64,000 nt of DNA from Azolla caroliniana. Lineage: Eukaryota > Plantae > Polypodiophyta. The stretch lies in NCBI GenBank assembly GCA_043228905.1, contig JBHGNT010000012.1:20894001-20958000 (forward strand), written 5' to 3'. Positions 36,928-51,000 of the stretch are shown here, piece after piece. Position 1 is the first letter of the stretch; every line of letters starts with the position of its first letter. The position numbers and the translations under genes were made by a program. The notes beneath the pieces were generated by a model, which ran no database searches, had not been told where the DNA came from, and saw only the letters and a list, made by a program, of their open reading frames with translations.

Positions 36928-39594
36928 CTCTTGAAATGAATCTATGGTTATGTGGGGACAAGACAACAAACACCTCAAGTTACCATATTTACAACAATAC
37001 CCCTATGTTTTCTTTTCCAGGGAAGTCAGGAAAAAAACTCTGAAATACCCAAGGTTTATTTATTTACATCAATACCCTTCCGACAAGTGCCTTCACAATT
37101 GCCTCCTCAAAGAGCATTTCCTTGTGGTATTTGGGCAGCAAAGATATGATATGGTCACTTGTCACTCTCTCTTTCGAGGATTGATCAAGGGTATTTTAGG
37201 GGAATAAGCAAAAAACAAGGCGGTATGGAGGAGATAATTTAGGGCATTATGCCAGATTACCTAAATCGTTACAAAATCTTTTGGCTAGTTATAATTGAGG
37301 TTTAATGTCTTCACAATTCTCTTACTCATACTCATATTGTAGTTTTTGACCTTGGGGATTCTTGAAACTATCCACAGTCTAGAACCGCTAATTGAGGTTT
37401 TACGAAACTTAGGCTACTACAAGGCAAAGTATGATAATTGGTTTTACATCCAATATGATCGCGACCAATCAAACTTAGAATCATCGTTGATCAAGTTTTA
37501 CTCAACTATCAAAACCTACAACTTGGGTGCTTCATGATTAGTATGATGTTATTTTAAGGAACTCGGTGTTTGGTACTCCCCAACACCCTTTTCACGCCCA
37601 TTACAATCCTGATAAATGTAACTTATAGTCGCCATTGAGAAACTCTCCTTACGATGCTAAAATTTGGAAAAAGAAATAGGAACTTTAGGCTAAAATATAT
37701 AAAGTAAAGAGTAAATTGTGTCTCACTCTCGTAGTTGTTGTCATCAAGTTGTGTGATTTGCCTACTCAAAACTTGCTACATTCCTTATACAACTTGTATG
37801 CATACATATTATAGTTGTTCCTTGTGAAACAACATTTTGGGCCATATGAATAGTTTGTTCACATTACATTTCCTTAAAACAAATTATGTACAATACACAA
37901 CCAGAGTGTGTGTATGAGCATGTATACATTTTTCAAGCCACAATCTAGCAACGACAATGTTTTTCATTTCATTAGAATCTGTCCCTTGTCTTTATTGCAT
38001 TGGTGCAATACTCTTTGAAGCTCCACACAATTGTTACTTTCTGCAAGCTCTTTTTGAAAGAGTTTACTTGTTCTTGTTGATTTAATAGCTTGGACTATCG
38101 TTGTGATTATCCATCGTATCTAGAGCTCTTGACCTCATTCCAAGATCAAAGTGAAAGCTATAGTTTGGTTATCAATGCAATTTGGCCAAAGTGTGCTTGG
38201 GTCTGCTACTTTTATTATTTGTGTTTGTATTTGAAACAAAATTTACCATGTGATTATTGATTGCATTAGGTGTCATTTTTTTCAAATTGTTAAGGCGAGA
38301 GTTAAGTTTTTGCACCATCCAAACCTCGATGTGATGCGAAAAGCCACACAAAATAAAGATTCAAATCACGCATTATCCTAAGGTATGATCTGAGACTGAA
38401 GGTAGCACCCCATAAACGTTCTATTGGAAGGTGTGATGTAGATGGGCTGGTTTCACATGTGAAATGCAAGTGGGAGTATAACTTGAAGACAGAAAGTGGA
38501 GGCCTTCATTATAACATGATTGAAAGCAAAGTTCCATTTTAATAGATTAAAGTTCATCACCAACATTTCTTTGACGTAGAAAAGTCATGTCCAAATGAAA
38601 CCGAAAAACATGTGATACTTTACGAACCAAGCAAGAATAGTTGTCGATAAATTGTCAAGCTTCTCAATAAGCCTCTTCATGGATGAGTTATTGCAATTAG
38701 CCTAAGTAAGCCTACACCTAATCTTCTTCTCCTACAACATTTTATAATTGTGCTCATCACCTTATTAATATTTATTGCGAATGTTCTAATAATTAATCAT
38801 TATTATATATTTATTTATTTTATGGAACGACATGATTCAGTATATGATCATGTACTATATGCATGCATGTGCCTGTTTATCATTGCCATAAGAAACCTAA
38901 AAGCCCTCAATACTTTAGAAACCTAATCTTTGGAGACTCGTGATTCTAGTTTGTGGCACTCATAATGACAATTGGTTATCTGGATGCAGCATTTTAACTT
39001 CTTGATCTGTATTAATTAGAAACACAACAAAAATGGACCTTTGAACAAGAAAAAAAAGAACTAATTCTCTTTGAAGATTTAACACAAAATTCATGCCTGA
39101 ACTCCCAGCCAATAAGTGAGATAATTACACGGTACCATATAAAAATGAGAATTACATTAAACAGAGATAACTGTGTAAATATCAAGGAGAAATATATGCT
39201 TTTGATGCATATTATAGCAATCATGCCAGTTAGTTTGAAATTTCTCGTCTAATTTTACAACATCGGGAATGAAAAGGATTGGGTGCATTTTTTTTATAGC
39301 TTGAGATTCTTCTTCTTCATTTGGGGTTGGGGGGTTGGATTACATAAGCTTAAGGTTACATAAATAAGAGTTTTCAAGAAATGTTAGTAATGTTTGAATA
39401 CTAAGTTATATAGGGCCAGACAGTAACTGGAGTGGTTACCTTGGGCACCACCATGACAAAGTTAAAAGAAAAAATAATGCTAAAAGAAGACTACAACTGT
39501 AGTCCCATATAAGGAGTGGAAGAAAACCCCACGAATATCCTGGTATGGATGTCAGAATTCTATGTCAGATTTTTAGTTTTTCCCTCAAAAGGGT

Positions 39595-42500
39595 TCATGG
39601 ATCCAACTGCAATCCTTCTCCTAATACATCTGTTTTAGGAATACCCGTTGTCATTTTCTCCAAATCCTCATCCGATTCCTCTGACCTTTGCATCGATATC
39701 TGTATCCCCACAGCATTTCATGAAATTAGGCATGACCACAAGGGTTTAAAAATAAAATAAACAATCTTCTTTGGTTTGTTCAGTTTAAGGAAAATATATT
39801 GTCTGCTCTTTAAAGATACATTTCTTCCGCCTTTAAAACATATAATTTGGGCTTTCTAATGAAAATAGTTTTGCCTTCAACAAAAATTCCTTGGGTGAAT
39901 ATAGTGGAATTATTAAAGAACTTCCTTTGGTCTTTAGAAAAATTCATTCGCTTTTCAAAACAATTTTCTGCAGTCTTTGGAAAACAATTCACAATTTTTT
40001 TGGAGAAAATTTCTTCAGGAACATATATTCTTTCTTCAATCTTTAAAATAAATAGCTACAGTCTTCAGAACAAATTGACGTAGGTCTTTCTAGGATAAAT
40101 TTCTTTGCCTCTTGAAACTAATTCCATTGTGTCAACACATAACCTAATAGCAAGCACAGCAATTTAAAGACTCTCCTCTCACCAAAAGAGATGCATTGTC
40201 TGCAGAAAGCTTTTTACACTCTTCTGTCATCCTGTTAAGCTCCTCGCGGAGGGATGCATTCTCTGATGTAAGGGACTGCACTTTTGCAGCTAATTCATCA
40301 CATTCTGCCTGCAATAATCAATCCTTCAATATATTAATTGATTTACTGTGCATTAGTATTACATTTTTTATATGCATGCCCAGAAAACAGATCCTTCCAT
40401 TAGTACACTCGACTTTCATACGTCTTTATGTTCTTCATGCTTTCTTCTATATTTACCTGTTTCCTCAACCTGGATCTTCGTGCTGATTCCCTATTAGATT
40501 GCTTTCTTCGTTGACGCTTCAATTCTCTTTCATCCTTCAATAACCGAAGATGTCAAAACAGCCCGCCATAATGCATTTCAATATATACATAGAATTAACT
40601 TTTTGTAACACACTACAGTTAACAAAATAAATAAAATAAAATAACCTTTGTTCATTTAGACAAGTACGTATGCAAGCAAATATCTGGACATTTAGCAGAG
40701 ACCACTACTTGAATATGAAGAAGTGCCTTGATCATGTCTATGCTTCCTTTAATTTCATTTTCTGATGATATATTTATTACTTGAATTGTTATTCCTTCTT
40801 AGGGCTTAGAAGAGTATTTTATTTCTTCTCATGACCTCTTTAGTATTTGACTTTGTATTCTAGTTCTGTCCTTAAGTTTAAACAAGGTGATAGGAAGAGG
40901 GATACAAATGAGTTCCCCGGACATATACCTGCAACCATAATTCTCCAGGCATTACACTCGGAGAAGGAATCAAAGCATTGTTATTCGTGGCTGAGCCCCT
41001 TTTACCTCTGTTAGCTCCTAACACCGCAGGTGATCCTCCACTCCAGTAATCCATCCCAATGTTAAGATTAGTTAAAGGACCTGCACCTACAACCTGTTTT
41101 CCACCGATGGAAATTGGCCCCGTCATTTGGTTAACATTTTCTGTAACATTTCCATAATGAGTTGCATTTACCGCATGAGGGTTCATTGCTGCAAAACAAT
41201 GCAAACAAAGATCGGAGCAAAGACTCAAAAGTTGAAAGAGTTTCATCTCGGTCTCTATCAATTTAATAAATACCACGACACACTGCCTATAGGTCAGGTC
41301 CAGTTCAAATTACCTTCTGAAGTTGCCTGATCAAACCCATTCTGGCGCACTTCCTGGGCAGCCTGAATGAAACACGCCTTGTCAATTGTAAACATACAGA
41401 CAGCAGATTTGTATCTTATCAATAATAAATGTATCGATGGCATTTGCACCTTGTTAATAATAGGCATATAGAAGTTCATGTTTGAATCTAGTCAAAAATA
41501 AAAATGTACATGGCCATATTGTATTGTGACTGTAAATATATGAGTTTAAAAAATAACCTACATCTTGTGAGTTGCCTTCACTTCCATCTGTTGAGCCTTC
41601 GCTCCCACTATCAGCACTATTAAAAAGAAAACAAGTTACCGTCAAAGCCTACTTAAGAAACAAATTCACAATATCACTTGCAACATTAAATTCACCTCTG
41701 AGAAAGCACACCACCATTCATCGATGGCACATTTGCTTTGTCTGTTTCGCTCACTTTTCCTGTAATCATACCAAGGCTTCCTAAACTCCCTTTCAACTTC
41801 TTCGTACTTTTCTTCAACTTGTTTTCATCATTTGATTTCCCTTCTGCATCAGCCGCTACAGAGCCAGCGACCTGAAAATCATGCAAATGCTAAACATACA
41901 AGAATGCTACTAAATGAAAATAACATATAAATACTGCTGAAGGAAAATAACACGCCACTACTGAATGACAATCACCTACAAATATTACCAAATGAAAAGC
42001 ACCGAAAAAACATAGCAAATACTAAACCCAACTTTGCAACACTTACTGGTGTCATGGGAGGATGTCCATAAATTCCTCCATGTGGATACATTGCTGCATA
42101 TGGCGGTGGAGTCCCATAAGGAGGCATTAAAGGCTTCTCTCATGTGAAGGGATACAATTTGAGAGTCAACAATAAATTTAGATATTAAACTTCCTTAAAG
42201 AAAACAATGACAGCAATATCCACCTGGCCACCCCACATGTAAGGATGGGGCTGTGGACCTGATCCCATTGCAGAGGGGAAATAACCAGGTGGTGGAGGCA
42301 ATGGTGACATTCCATTCCCATAATAAGCCTGCCCATGTAAACAAAACATCCCACAATTGTGTAAATTTGAGTTATCTGTATAACAAAAATTTTAAACTTT
42401 GCCATCCAAAGATGTTTGCCAACCATATATACATATTTTAGATAAGTAATCTCAAGATTGAGAATCTACGCCCAGATTTAAATGAACCCATATGTTGAAG

Positions 42501-43130
42501 GAGAATTGTGTAAATTTGAGTTTTCTGTACTGAAAAGCATCAAAACTATGCAGTCCCAAGAAGTTTATCAACCATGCATACATAATTCTGGTAGATAATC
42601 CCCGGATTGAGAATCAATACCCAGATTTTAATTACATTATATGTCAAAAAATGGCAGATTTTGGCACAAAACCCGACATCGAATTTCAATGTTAATAAAT
42701 GTCTATGTTAGAGCCTATAAAACAAGTATATAGCCCAGACATAATTTTTAACATAAACTGCAATGGAATGCCATGATTCGTATTAAAAATCAACCTGAAA
42801 AGCTGCCGCCCATTCGGGATATGGCATAGGTGATGCAGTCGTTGGAGTCTGTTCCTTCACAAACACAAAAGAAAAAGAGATGAATTTTATGGGAATATAC
42901 ACATTAGAAGAGTTTAGGATTAGGAGAATCACTGTTAATGCGAGAAATCATGATAATTATACAAAGAAATGGGATTGAGGCTTGGGGAAATAAGAGAAAG
43001 TATTGGGATATACACATTCATCCAGATAAGGTTAAGGAGGAAAAGGCAAGGGAATGATTGTTTTCCTACTTACTTGAGGTGTAGAAGTCTTGGTGGTTTT
43101 CGTTGGAGTTCCCATTTCTCCAGAGCCCAT
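39595..43130 (-). CDS. Group G bZIP transcription factor (G-box binding factor, GBF/bZIP16-like), 11 coding exons
   Basis: Exons (-) 43130-43074, 42854-42795, 42328-42224, 42133-42047, 41871-41696, 41616-41562, 41362-41314, 41188-40929, 40534-40457, 40308-40183, 39699-39595. MFMR motifs YPEWAAAFQAYY, PHPYMWG, PPYGTP, KGSLGSL and TNLNIGMDYW. Basic region [33 protein letters not shown]. Confidence 0.93.
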
Positions 43131-43512
43131 ACCTGAAACACAAGAGAGAAGATAATTTGAAGATGATGATTGATGATGGGGATGAATAAGAGGGAACTGT
43201 CTCCTCTCAAATTCTACCTTTGTAGACAGATCGCTGAAGCAGAGAGGTGAATTTTCACACAGAAGCTATGAAGAAGAGAAGATCTGAGGCCGAGATTGAG
43301 GGGCCATCACATGAAAACAAGAGGAATCTGAGATAAAACTCCAGAAGGACAGAAGACAGATCGTCGAAGGAATCAGAAGAAAAAGAAGAAGAAGAATTAA
43401 TGAAAGAAGAAGGATGAAGAGTAATGGAGAGAGAGAAGACACGATGGATGCAGACTCAGCAGAGAGAGAGGGAAGACGTGTCTGTCGTGTGAGAGCGCAC
43501 AGAGCCACGCAG

Positions 43513-43566
43513 ATTAGGGTTTTCACACAGACAGGCGCGCACACACAGACAGTGCTTGCCACGTCA
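43513..43566 (-). promoter_or_regulatory. Telo-box (AAACCCTAAT) and ACGT-core Hex/G-box-like element (TGACGTGGC) near the bZIP transcription start
   Basis: attagggttt at 43513-43522 and gccacgtca at 43558-43566. Confidence 0.5.
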
Positions 43567-45082
43567 GACGGCCGGTTTCACACCTGTCCGCCCAAAACTG
43601 CCCCAAGGGCCAACCCAATCCACTTCCTCCCCTGCCCATCTCTCCGGAACAAAATTACAAAAAGGACAACTCAGGTATCTATACTATCACATTCAGATGG
43701 ATAGATATGTAGATAGAACATATCTTTTTAACCTCTGTATGAGACCGTTCTGTGATCTTCGAGAAAGCAAGGCAGAGTGAAGGAAACATATATAGTTGAT
43801 AGGAAATCGATATCAACTAACGTCTTTTAAGACCATAGTTGATAGGAAATCGAAGCAACGATTCCCCGACGATGGTTTCTCGCACTTTCTTTCGATTTTG
43901 CATTCTTGTGTGTTGTGGGGGAGAAAAAGGGAAGTCGCTAACCCCCCCCCCCCCCCCCCCGCCAGTCCATCCATTGTGGACATGGTTGTGTCATATGCTC
44001 TCGAAGACCGCGCGACGTCGTTGGTTCGATCCTACACACCAATATTGTCACGTGTAGTTCAAGAGAATCGATATATGTATTGTATACACCAAACATATGT
44101 AAAATTAAGGATTTGAATCCATGACCTTGTGATCCCGGTAGCTTGATAACTTTGCCAATAGGACGAGTGCCTTACCAAGCTAACACATAGCATTAGAATG
44201 AGACGTCCATTTTTGTACATACTTGACCCCCAAATCTCATTTCTCACGCTCCTATACAAATGCGCCAAACCCCATGAGTGTATTCAACCTTTCTGTTGGC
44301 ATGTGGAATTAACATGTAGGGAATACCTCCGAAATATCCCTAAGTTTTTCTTTACTTCCATTTGATGCCCTCGACTCTCATTATTCCCTTGAAGCAACCT
44401 TGGTCAACCTCTAAACAATATAAAACATGAAGACGTTGGTTATATAATTGCCCAAATATAATGCTAGTAATTGTGAAAAGGAGGGGAAGAATTAACTAAC
44501 TAAAATGATAACGAATGTATTAGTAGTGGTTATGTGTTTTGCTTCAATCCAACTTTTAAGGAGTCAAGCCCACAACAAGAAAAGCAAGAAATTTAGGTAG
44601 GCACATAAACAAACCCAACGAATGTAGAAAGAGAATAGTGGAAGTGAATAAAAGGGATATTGAGCTTTTGAAATCAACCATAAGATGCTATTGTCTCCAT
44701 ATTATAAGGGCATGTCATTTAGCTCTACTTAATCCTCAAACATATATCACAAGAGAGATAGAAAGTTAGATTTTATTTTTGTTTCTGGAGGTCAAATAGG
44801 ACCTCTAAAGTTTTCACATAGTACAGTTCAAGAACTTTAATAGTGAACGTTGCAATTGAGAGTACACACTATGACTATGCGAGAAATTTGTGCAAGGATT
44901 GGGTTTAGTGGAACATGTGTGCAAAGCAAAATCGAGTGTGATCATAGATAGAACATTGTAACAGAGTGTGATACTCAGACTCTTAAGCTTGTTTTGGGCA
45001 AAATGTGTGTAAGCAACTTCTCTTATCACCTATGCCTTAATGTTGCTTCTCACATCAAAGTGACTTTGAGCTAGGTCGTAAG

Positions 45083-48000
45083 TGTTGGCAACGCCGTCGT
45101 CTACTGCGGAACAAGATCAACAATCCTCTAGTGGAAGATCTTGAGTAGATACAAGATCACAATGGATTGATGGCAACATAGACAGAAAAACAGAAATGCA
45201 ACTGGTGTGTTAGAGAGAGAGAAACGATTAGGCACATGTTGGAATATATTGCAATAGCCACAAGGAACGACAATTGTATAACTAGGTTACAAAGTCAGTT
45301 TATATACTAACTCACTTAGGGCAACTGCCCTTCTCACTATTTACATAAGTAGCCTAAGCCTAGTGTGTACAAAGGAGACGGTGTGAATATGACCATTAGA
45401 AGCCCGTATTCAACATTCCTCCGTAATAGACATATACATCAAAAATCTATAAAGCGAAATGAATGTAGAATACAGTCTTACATATTGATATAAGGTTTCC
45501 AAACAATCGAGAATTCGTTCGAATCGGTGAACTCCGAAGACCAAAAGACTGGATTGACTGAGTTCGGAGATTGTGAAGCTGAAGTTCGGACTATCTAGGT
45601 TTGTTGTCCGAGAAACATCCTGGGTGTCCAATTTAATCGGATTGACTCTTCATTACGCCCATTTGATGCCGAAGGCATCGAGATCGATTCACTGAGAGAC
45701 ACTTGGTCATTGCATCCGCAACGTTATCGGCTATAGGTACCTTCTCAAGGCTGATTTCCCCTTAAGTGACACAGTCCCAAACAAAATGATATCGAACATC
45801 GATATGCTTGGAGGCGTTGTGATGAACCGGATTTTTCGATAGAGCAAAAACACCCTAACTGTCACTGTAAACAATTGGAGCCGAGCCGATTTCAGCTTGT
45901 CGAAATGTATAGGCCAGTCGACCAAGCCATAGGGCCTCTTTTGCCGCATCAGACGCGGTTACGTATTCGGCCTCGGTCGTAGATGTGGTAGTGCACTCCT
46001 AAAATTTCAATTTCCATGAGATCGCTCCATTGCCAAGTTTAAAACAATCTCCAGTTCTTGATTTACGGCTGTCTATGCAACCTGCAAAGTCCGAATCGGT
46101 GTATCCAAGTACACCTAAGATGTTGTTCGGGCGGAATAGATTACGAAGGTGTTTTGTGCCCACCAAATATATGAACACATGCTTGACTGCATTCCAATGC
46201 GATCGACCAGGATTGTGCATAAATCTACTGACGACTCCAAGGGCGTGAGTGATGTCAGGTCGTGTCGCAACCATCACATACATCAGGGAGCCTACTGCCG
46301 GTGCATACGGTACTAACTTCATAATCTCCCCCTCCGGATCGAATGCCGGGCAGTCTCGCTGAGACAGTCGAGTACTAATGGGGAGCGGGGTTGAAGCAGA
46401 TTTTGCCGATTGCATGTTGAAGCGTTCCAAGACACGTCAAATGTAGTCGGATTGAGACAAAAACAATTGTCTTCTATTTTGATTCCGACTTATTTTCATG
46501 CCAAGAATGTGTTGAGCCGGACCAAGATCCTTCATGGCAAACTTCAACCGCAATTTCTGAACAAGTTCAGCGAGTTCTCTAGCATGGTGACTTGAGACAG
46601 TGGTCCTCATCGCTCTTTGAGAAGATGATCTATTGGATGAAGTCATCGAACTTCTTGTACCACTCTCGCGACACCTGTTTTAGGCCGTAAAGACTCTTCC
46701 TGAGTCGACAGACTAGATGTTCTTGGCCGAATACCACGAAGCCTTTTGGCTCCTCCATATAAATTTCCTCCTCAAGATCACCATGGAGGAAAGCTGTTTT
46801 TACATCTAGCTAAATCTACTCCAAATTCTCGGCTGCCACTATGCCCAACATAAAGCGAAGGGTGGTATTTTCACCATTGGTGAATTTTTTTTGTCGAAGT
46901 CGACGCCGTATTCCTGTCGAAAACCCTTTGCTACTAATCTGGCCTTGAATTTCAGGGTGGTCGAATCAGACGTCTCCTTAACTCGATAGACCCGCTTACA
47001 CGGAAGAGCACGTCGATTCTTCGGTAATTCGACCAAGTCCCACGTGTTGTTTGCACGAATGGAGTTGATTTCGGATTCCATTGCTAGATGCCAGGTGGCC
47101 GAGTCGGCTGATGCCGACGCTTCTTCGTACGACGTCGGTTCTTCGGCGTCCGTACAGAAGATACCATGAGAGTATCTCTCCAAGGGTTGCGTCAGTCTCT
47201 CGGATCGTCGAGGTATGATTGGAGCAGTCACATCGGGTGTCGTGGTTGGATGGTCCAAAGCAGAGTCATTTGCTTGTGTCGTGTTTGACATTGCCGAGTC
47301 GGTGTAAGAGGCTTCAACTACCCGTGAGGCCGACCGCGTGTTGTGGGTTAGGCCTTCGTGAAGGGTTGGCACATCGGAGAAAATTACACTTCGGACTTCA
47401 ATCGGTTTTTCGACTATTTATGCATGGTCCACTCGTTGAACAGAACGCCCGAACTTCGGACGATCTGTCTATGCTCGGGGTCCCAAAGTCGGTATCCAAT
47501 TTTGCCATTTAGTCCATAACCAAGGAAAATACATTTCCTACACCTTCGTGAGCAACAACACCCTGACTATCACTGTAAACAATTGGAGCCGAGCCGATTT
47601 CAGCTTGTCGAAACGTGTAGGCTAGTCGACCAAGCCATAGGGCCTCTTTTGCCGCATCAGACGCGGTTACGTATTCGGCCTCGATCGTAGATGTGGTACT
47701 GCACTCCTAAAATTTCAATTTCCATGAGATCGCTCCATTGCCAAGTTTAAAACAATCTCCGATTCTCGATTTACGACTGTCTATGCAACCTGGAAAGTCC
47801 GAGTCGGTGTATCCGAGTACGCTTGAGATGCCGTTCGGGCGGAATAGAATATGAAGGTGTTTTGTGCCCACCAAATATATGAACACATGCTTGACTGCAT
47901 TCCAATGCGATCGGCCAGGATTGTGCATAAATCTACTAACAGCTCCAATGGCATGAGTGATGTCAAGTTGTGTCGCGACCATCACATACATCATGGAGCC

Positions 48001-51000
48001 TACTACCGATGCATACGGTACTGACTTCATAATCTCCCCCTCCGGACCGGATGCCGGGCAGTCTCGCTGAGACAGTCGAGTACTAATGGGGAGCGGGGTT
48101 GAAGCAGATTTTGTCGATTGCATGTTGAAGCGTTCTAAGACATGTCAAATGTAGTCGGATTGAGACAAAAACAATTGTCTTCTATTTTGATTCCGACTTA
48201 TTTTCATGCCAAGAATGTGTTGAGCCGGACCAAGGTCCTTCATGGGAAACTTCAACCGTAGTTGCTGAACAAGTTCGGCGAGTTCTCTAGCATGGTGACT
48301 TGAGACAGTGGTCATCATCGCTCTTTGAGAAGATGATCTATTGGATGAAGTCATCGAACTTCTTGTACCACTCTTGCGGCACCTGTTTTAGGCCGTAAAG
48401 ACTCTTCCTGAGTCGGCAGACTAGATGTTCTTGGCCGAATACCACGAAGCCTTTCGGCTCCTCCATATAAATTTCCTCCTCAAGATCACCATGGAGGAAA
48501 GCTGTTTTTACATCTAGCTAAATCTACTCCAAATTCTCGGCTACCACTATGCCCAACATAAAGCGAAGGGTGGTATTTTCACCATTGGTGAAATTTTTTT
48601 GTCGAAGTCGACGCCGTATTCCTGTCGAAAACCCTTTGCTACTAATCTGGCCTTGAATTTCAGGGTGGTCGAATCAGACGTCTCCTTAACTCGATAGACC
48701 CGCTTACACGGAAGAGCACGTCGATTCTTCGGTAATTCGACCAAGTTCCACGTGTTGTTTGCACGAATGGAGTTGATTTCGGATTCCATTGCTAGATGCC
48801 AGGTGGCCGAGTCGGTTGATGCCGATGCCTCTTCGTACGACGTCGGTTCTTCAGCGTTCGTAAAGAAGATACCATGAGAGTATCTCTCCAAGGGTTCTGA
48901 CAGTCTCTCGGATCGTCGAGGTATGACTGGACCAGTCACATCGGGTGTCGTGGTCGGATGGTCCAAAGCCGAGTCATTTGCTTGTGCCGTGTCTGACATT
49001 GTTGAGTCGGTGTTAGAGGCTTCAGCTACCCGTGAGGCTGACCGCATGTTGCGAGGTAGGCCTTCGTGAAGGGTTGGCACATCGGAGAAAATTACCCTTC
49101 GGACTTCAATCGGTTTTTCGACTATTTATGCATGGTCCACTCGTTGAACACAACGCCCGAACTTCGGACGATCTATCTATGCTCGGGTTCCCAAAGTCGG
49201 TATCCAATTTTGCCATCTGGTCCATAACCAAGGAAAATACATTTCTTGCACCTTTGTGCAAGTTTGCAACGACCATCTTTCGAGATGAGGGCGTACGCCT
49301 CGCATCCGAAAATCCTCAGCTTATCGTAATTCGGCTTACTACCGGTCCATAATTTCAGAGGGATCCGAAGTCCTAGAGGCCTACTCGGCAACATATTGAT
49401 TATGTGTACTATTGTAAGTAGGGCCTCTGCCCAGAAGGCATTCTACAATCTAGAGTGTTGGAGCATGGAGACTATCCTTTCTTGAATTGTCTGATTCATT
49501 CGCACGTCAATTCCATTCTACTCCTGACTATGGGGTGCCGTAAATTCCAATCTTATGCCTCGTTGTTGGCAAAATCTGAGGAATTCCTCTGATTTGAACT
49601 CTCCCTCGTTATTGGTCCGAAAGCATTTCAGTGTTCGATTGAACTAGTTCTCAAGCATAGCGAGCCAATCAGAGAAGATCGGGAACACCTGATCTTTGGT
49701 TTTGATATGATAAGCCCGCACCTTCCGAATTGAGTTAACAATGAAGCTGACGAAGTACAAAGCATCGCCAAGAGACTGATGTGGCATAGGACCACAAACG
49801 TCCGAGTGGACTAAATCGAGCGGACTTGATTCTCTCGGGGCGGATGACGGGTGTGTCACGGTTGTCTGTTTGCCGTCTTAGCAATGCTCGCAGAACTGAT
49901 GATTTGAGAAGGAGAGTTTGGGGATGTATCTAGCTCTTCATAAGTGCATGATGCCGGCCTTGCAAAGTTGTCTGAGTCGTCCATGCCATAGTGATGACAC
50001 GGGGATGTCAACCAAAAACAGGTCACCCTCTCAGAGTGTGACGTGCAAAGGATACAATGAGTGTATCTTCGGTCCTCGAGCAAGCAGGAGGTTCCCCGTG
50101 TGGAGCGTCCACCCTTCTTATGAGAAGCCAACACGAATGTCGTCTTCATCCAATTGTCCGACCAAGATCAGTGGTCTGGAGAGCTCAGGTACATGTCGGA
50201 CATTGCGTAGTACTAATGTAGAGCCACCCACAAGGTTGAGCTCTACCGTGCCGATTCCAATTATATTGCAGTGTTGCGAATTTCCTACTTGAACTGAGTC
50301 GGAATGTTGGGATGTGTATTGCCGGAATTGGGATCGATGAGGAGTCACATGAAAGGACGCACCCGAATCTAAGAACCATGTGCTCAATTCTTGAGTCGTA
50401 AGCAAAACTTCTTATTCGATTGGATTCTCAATTGATAGCATGTTCATGTCGTTTGATAATACTTCAGTTGTAGAGCCGACATAGTTGATCTCCTCGTGTC
50501 GGCCACTCTTCTGATCGGCTCATTGAGCCTTATCGTTTTTGGTCTATAGTGCACGACAATCGGCTTTGATGTGTCCTGGTTTCTTACAGTACTCGCAGAC
50601 TCGATTATCTCGGGACTTGCTCCGACTTCATTGATTGTTCCGCTATCGTGAAGAACCTCTTCCACGATTGTTCGATCGGTCGGTCAAACCTTGTACTACG
50701 TAGGCGTTGTAGGTTGAATCGTTTGCAAACGATTTTCTCCGAGCTGCTTCAGTCAGAATTGCACTCGTGACTAAGGAGTATTTGACAATAGTTGTCGACG
50801 CATTGCACACGGTTGTAACGAAAGTTTCCCAAGAAGGAGGGAGACTAATCAAAAGCAGCATTGCTTTTAGTTCATCCTCAATAGTTGTCCCCTGGGCTGC
50901 AATTTGGGAGCTTAAGCTTTCGTACTCATTCAAGTCTGCCGAGACCGAGTCAGACTCTTTCATCCAAAGGTTATAAAGACGTTGAATCAGGTATATCTTG

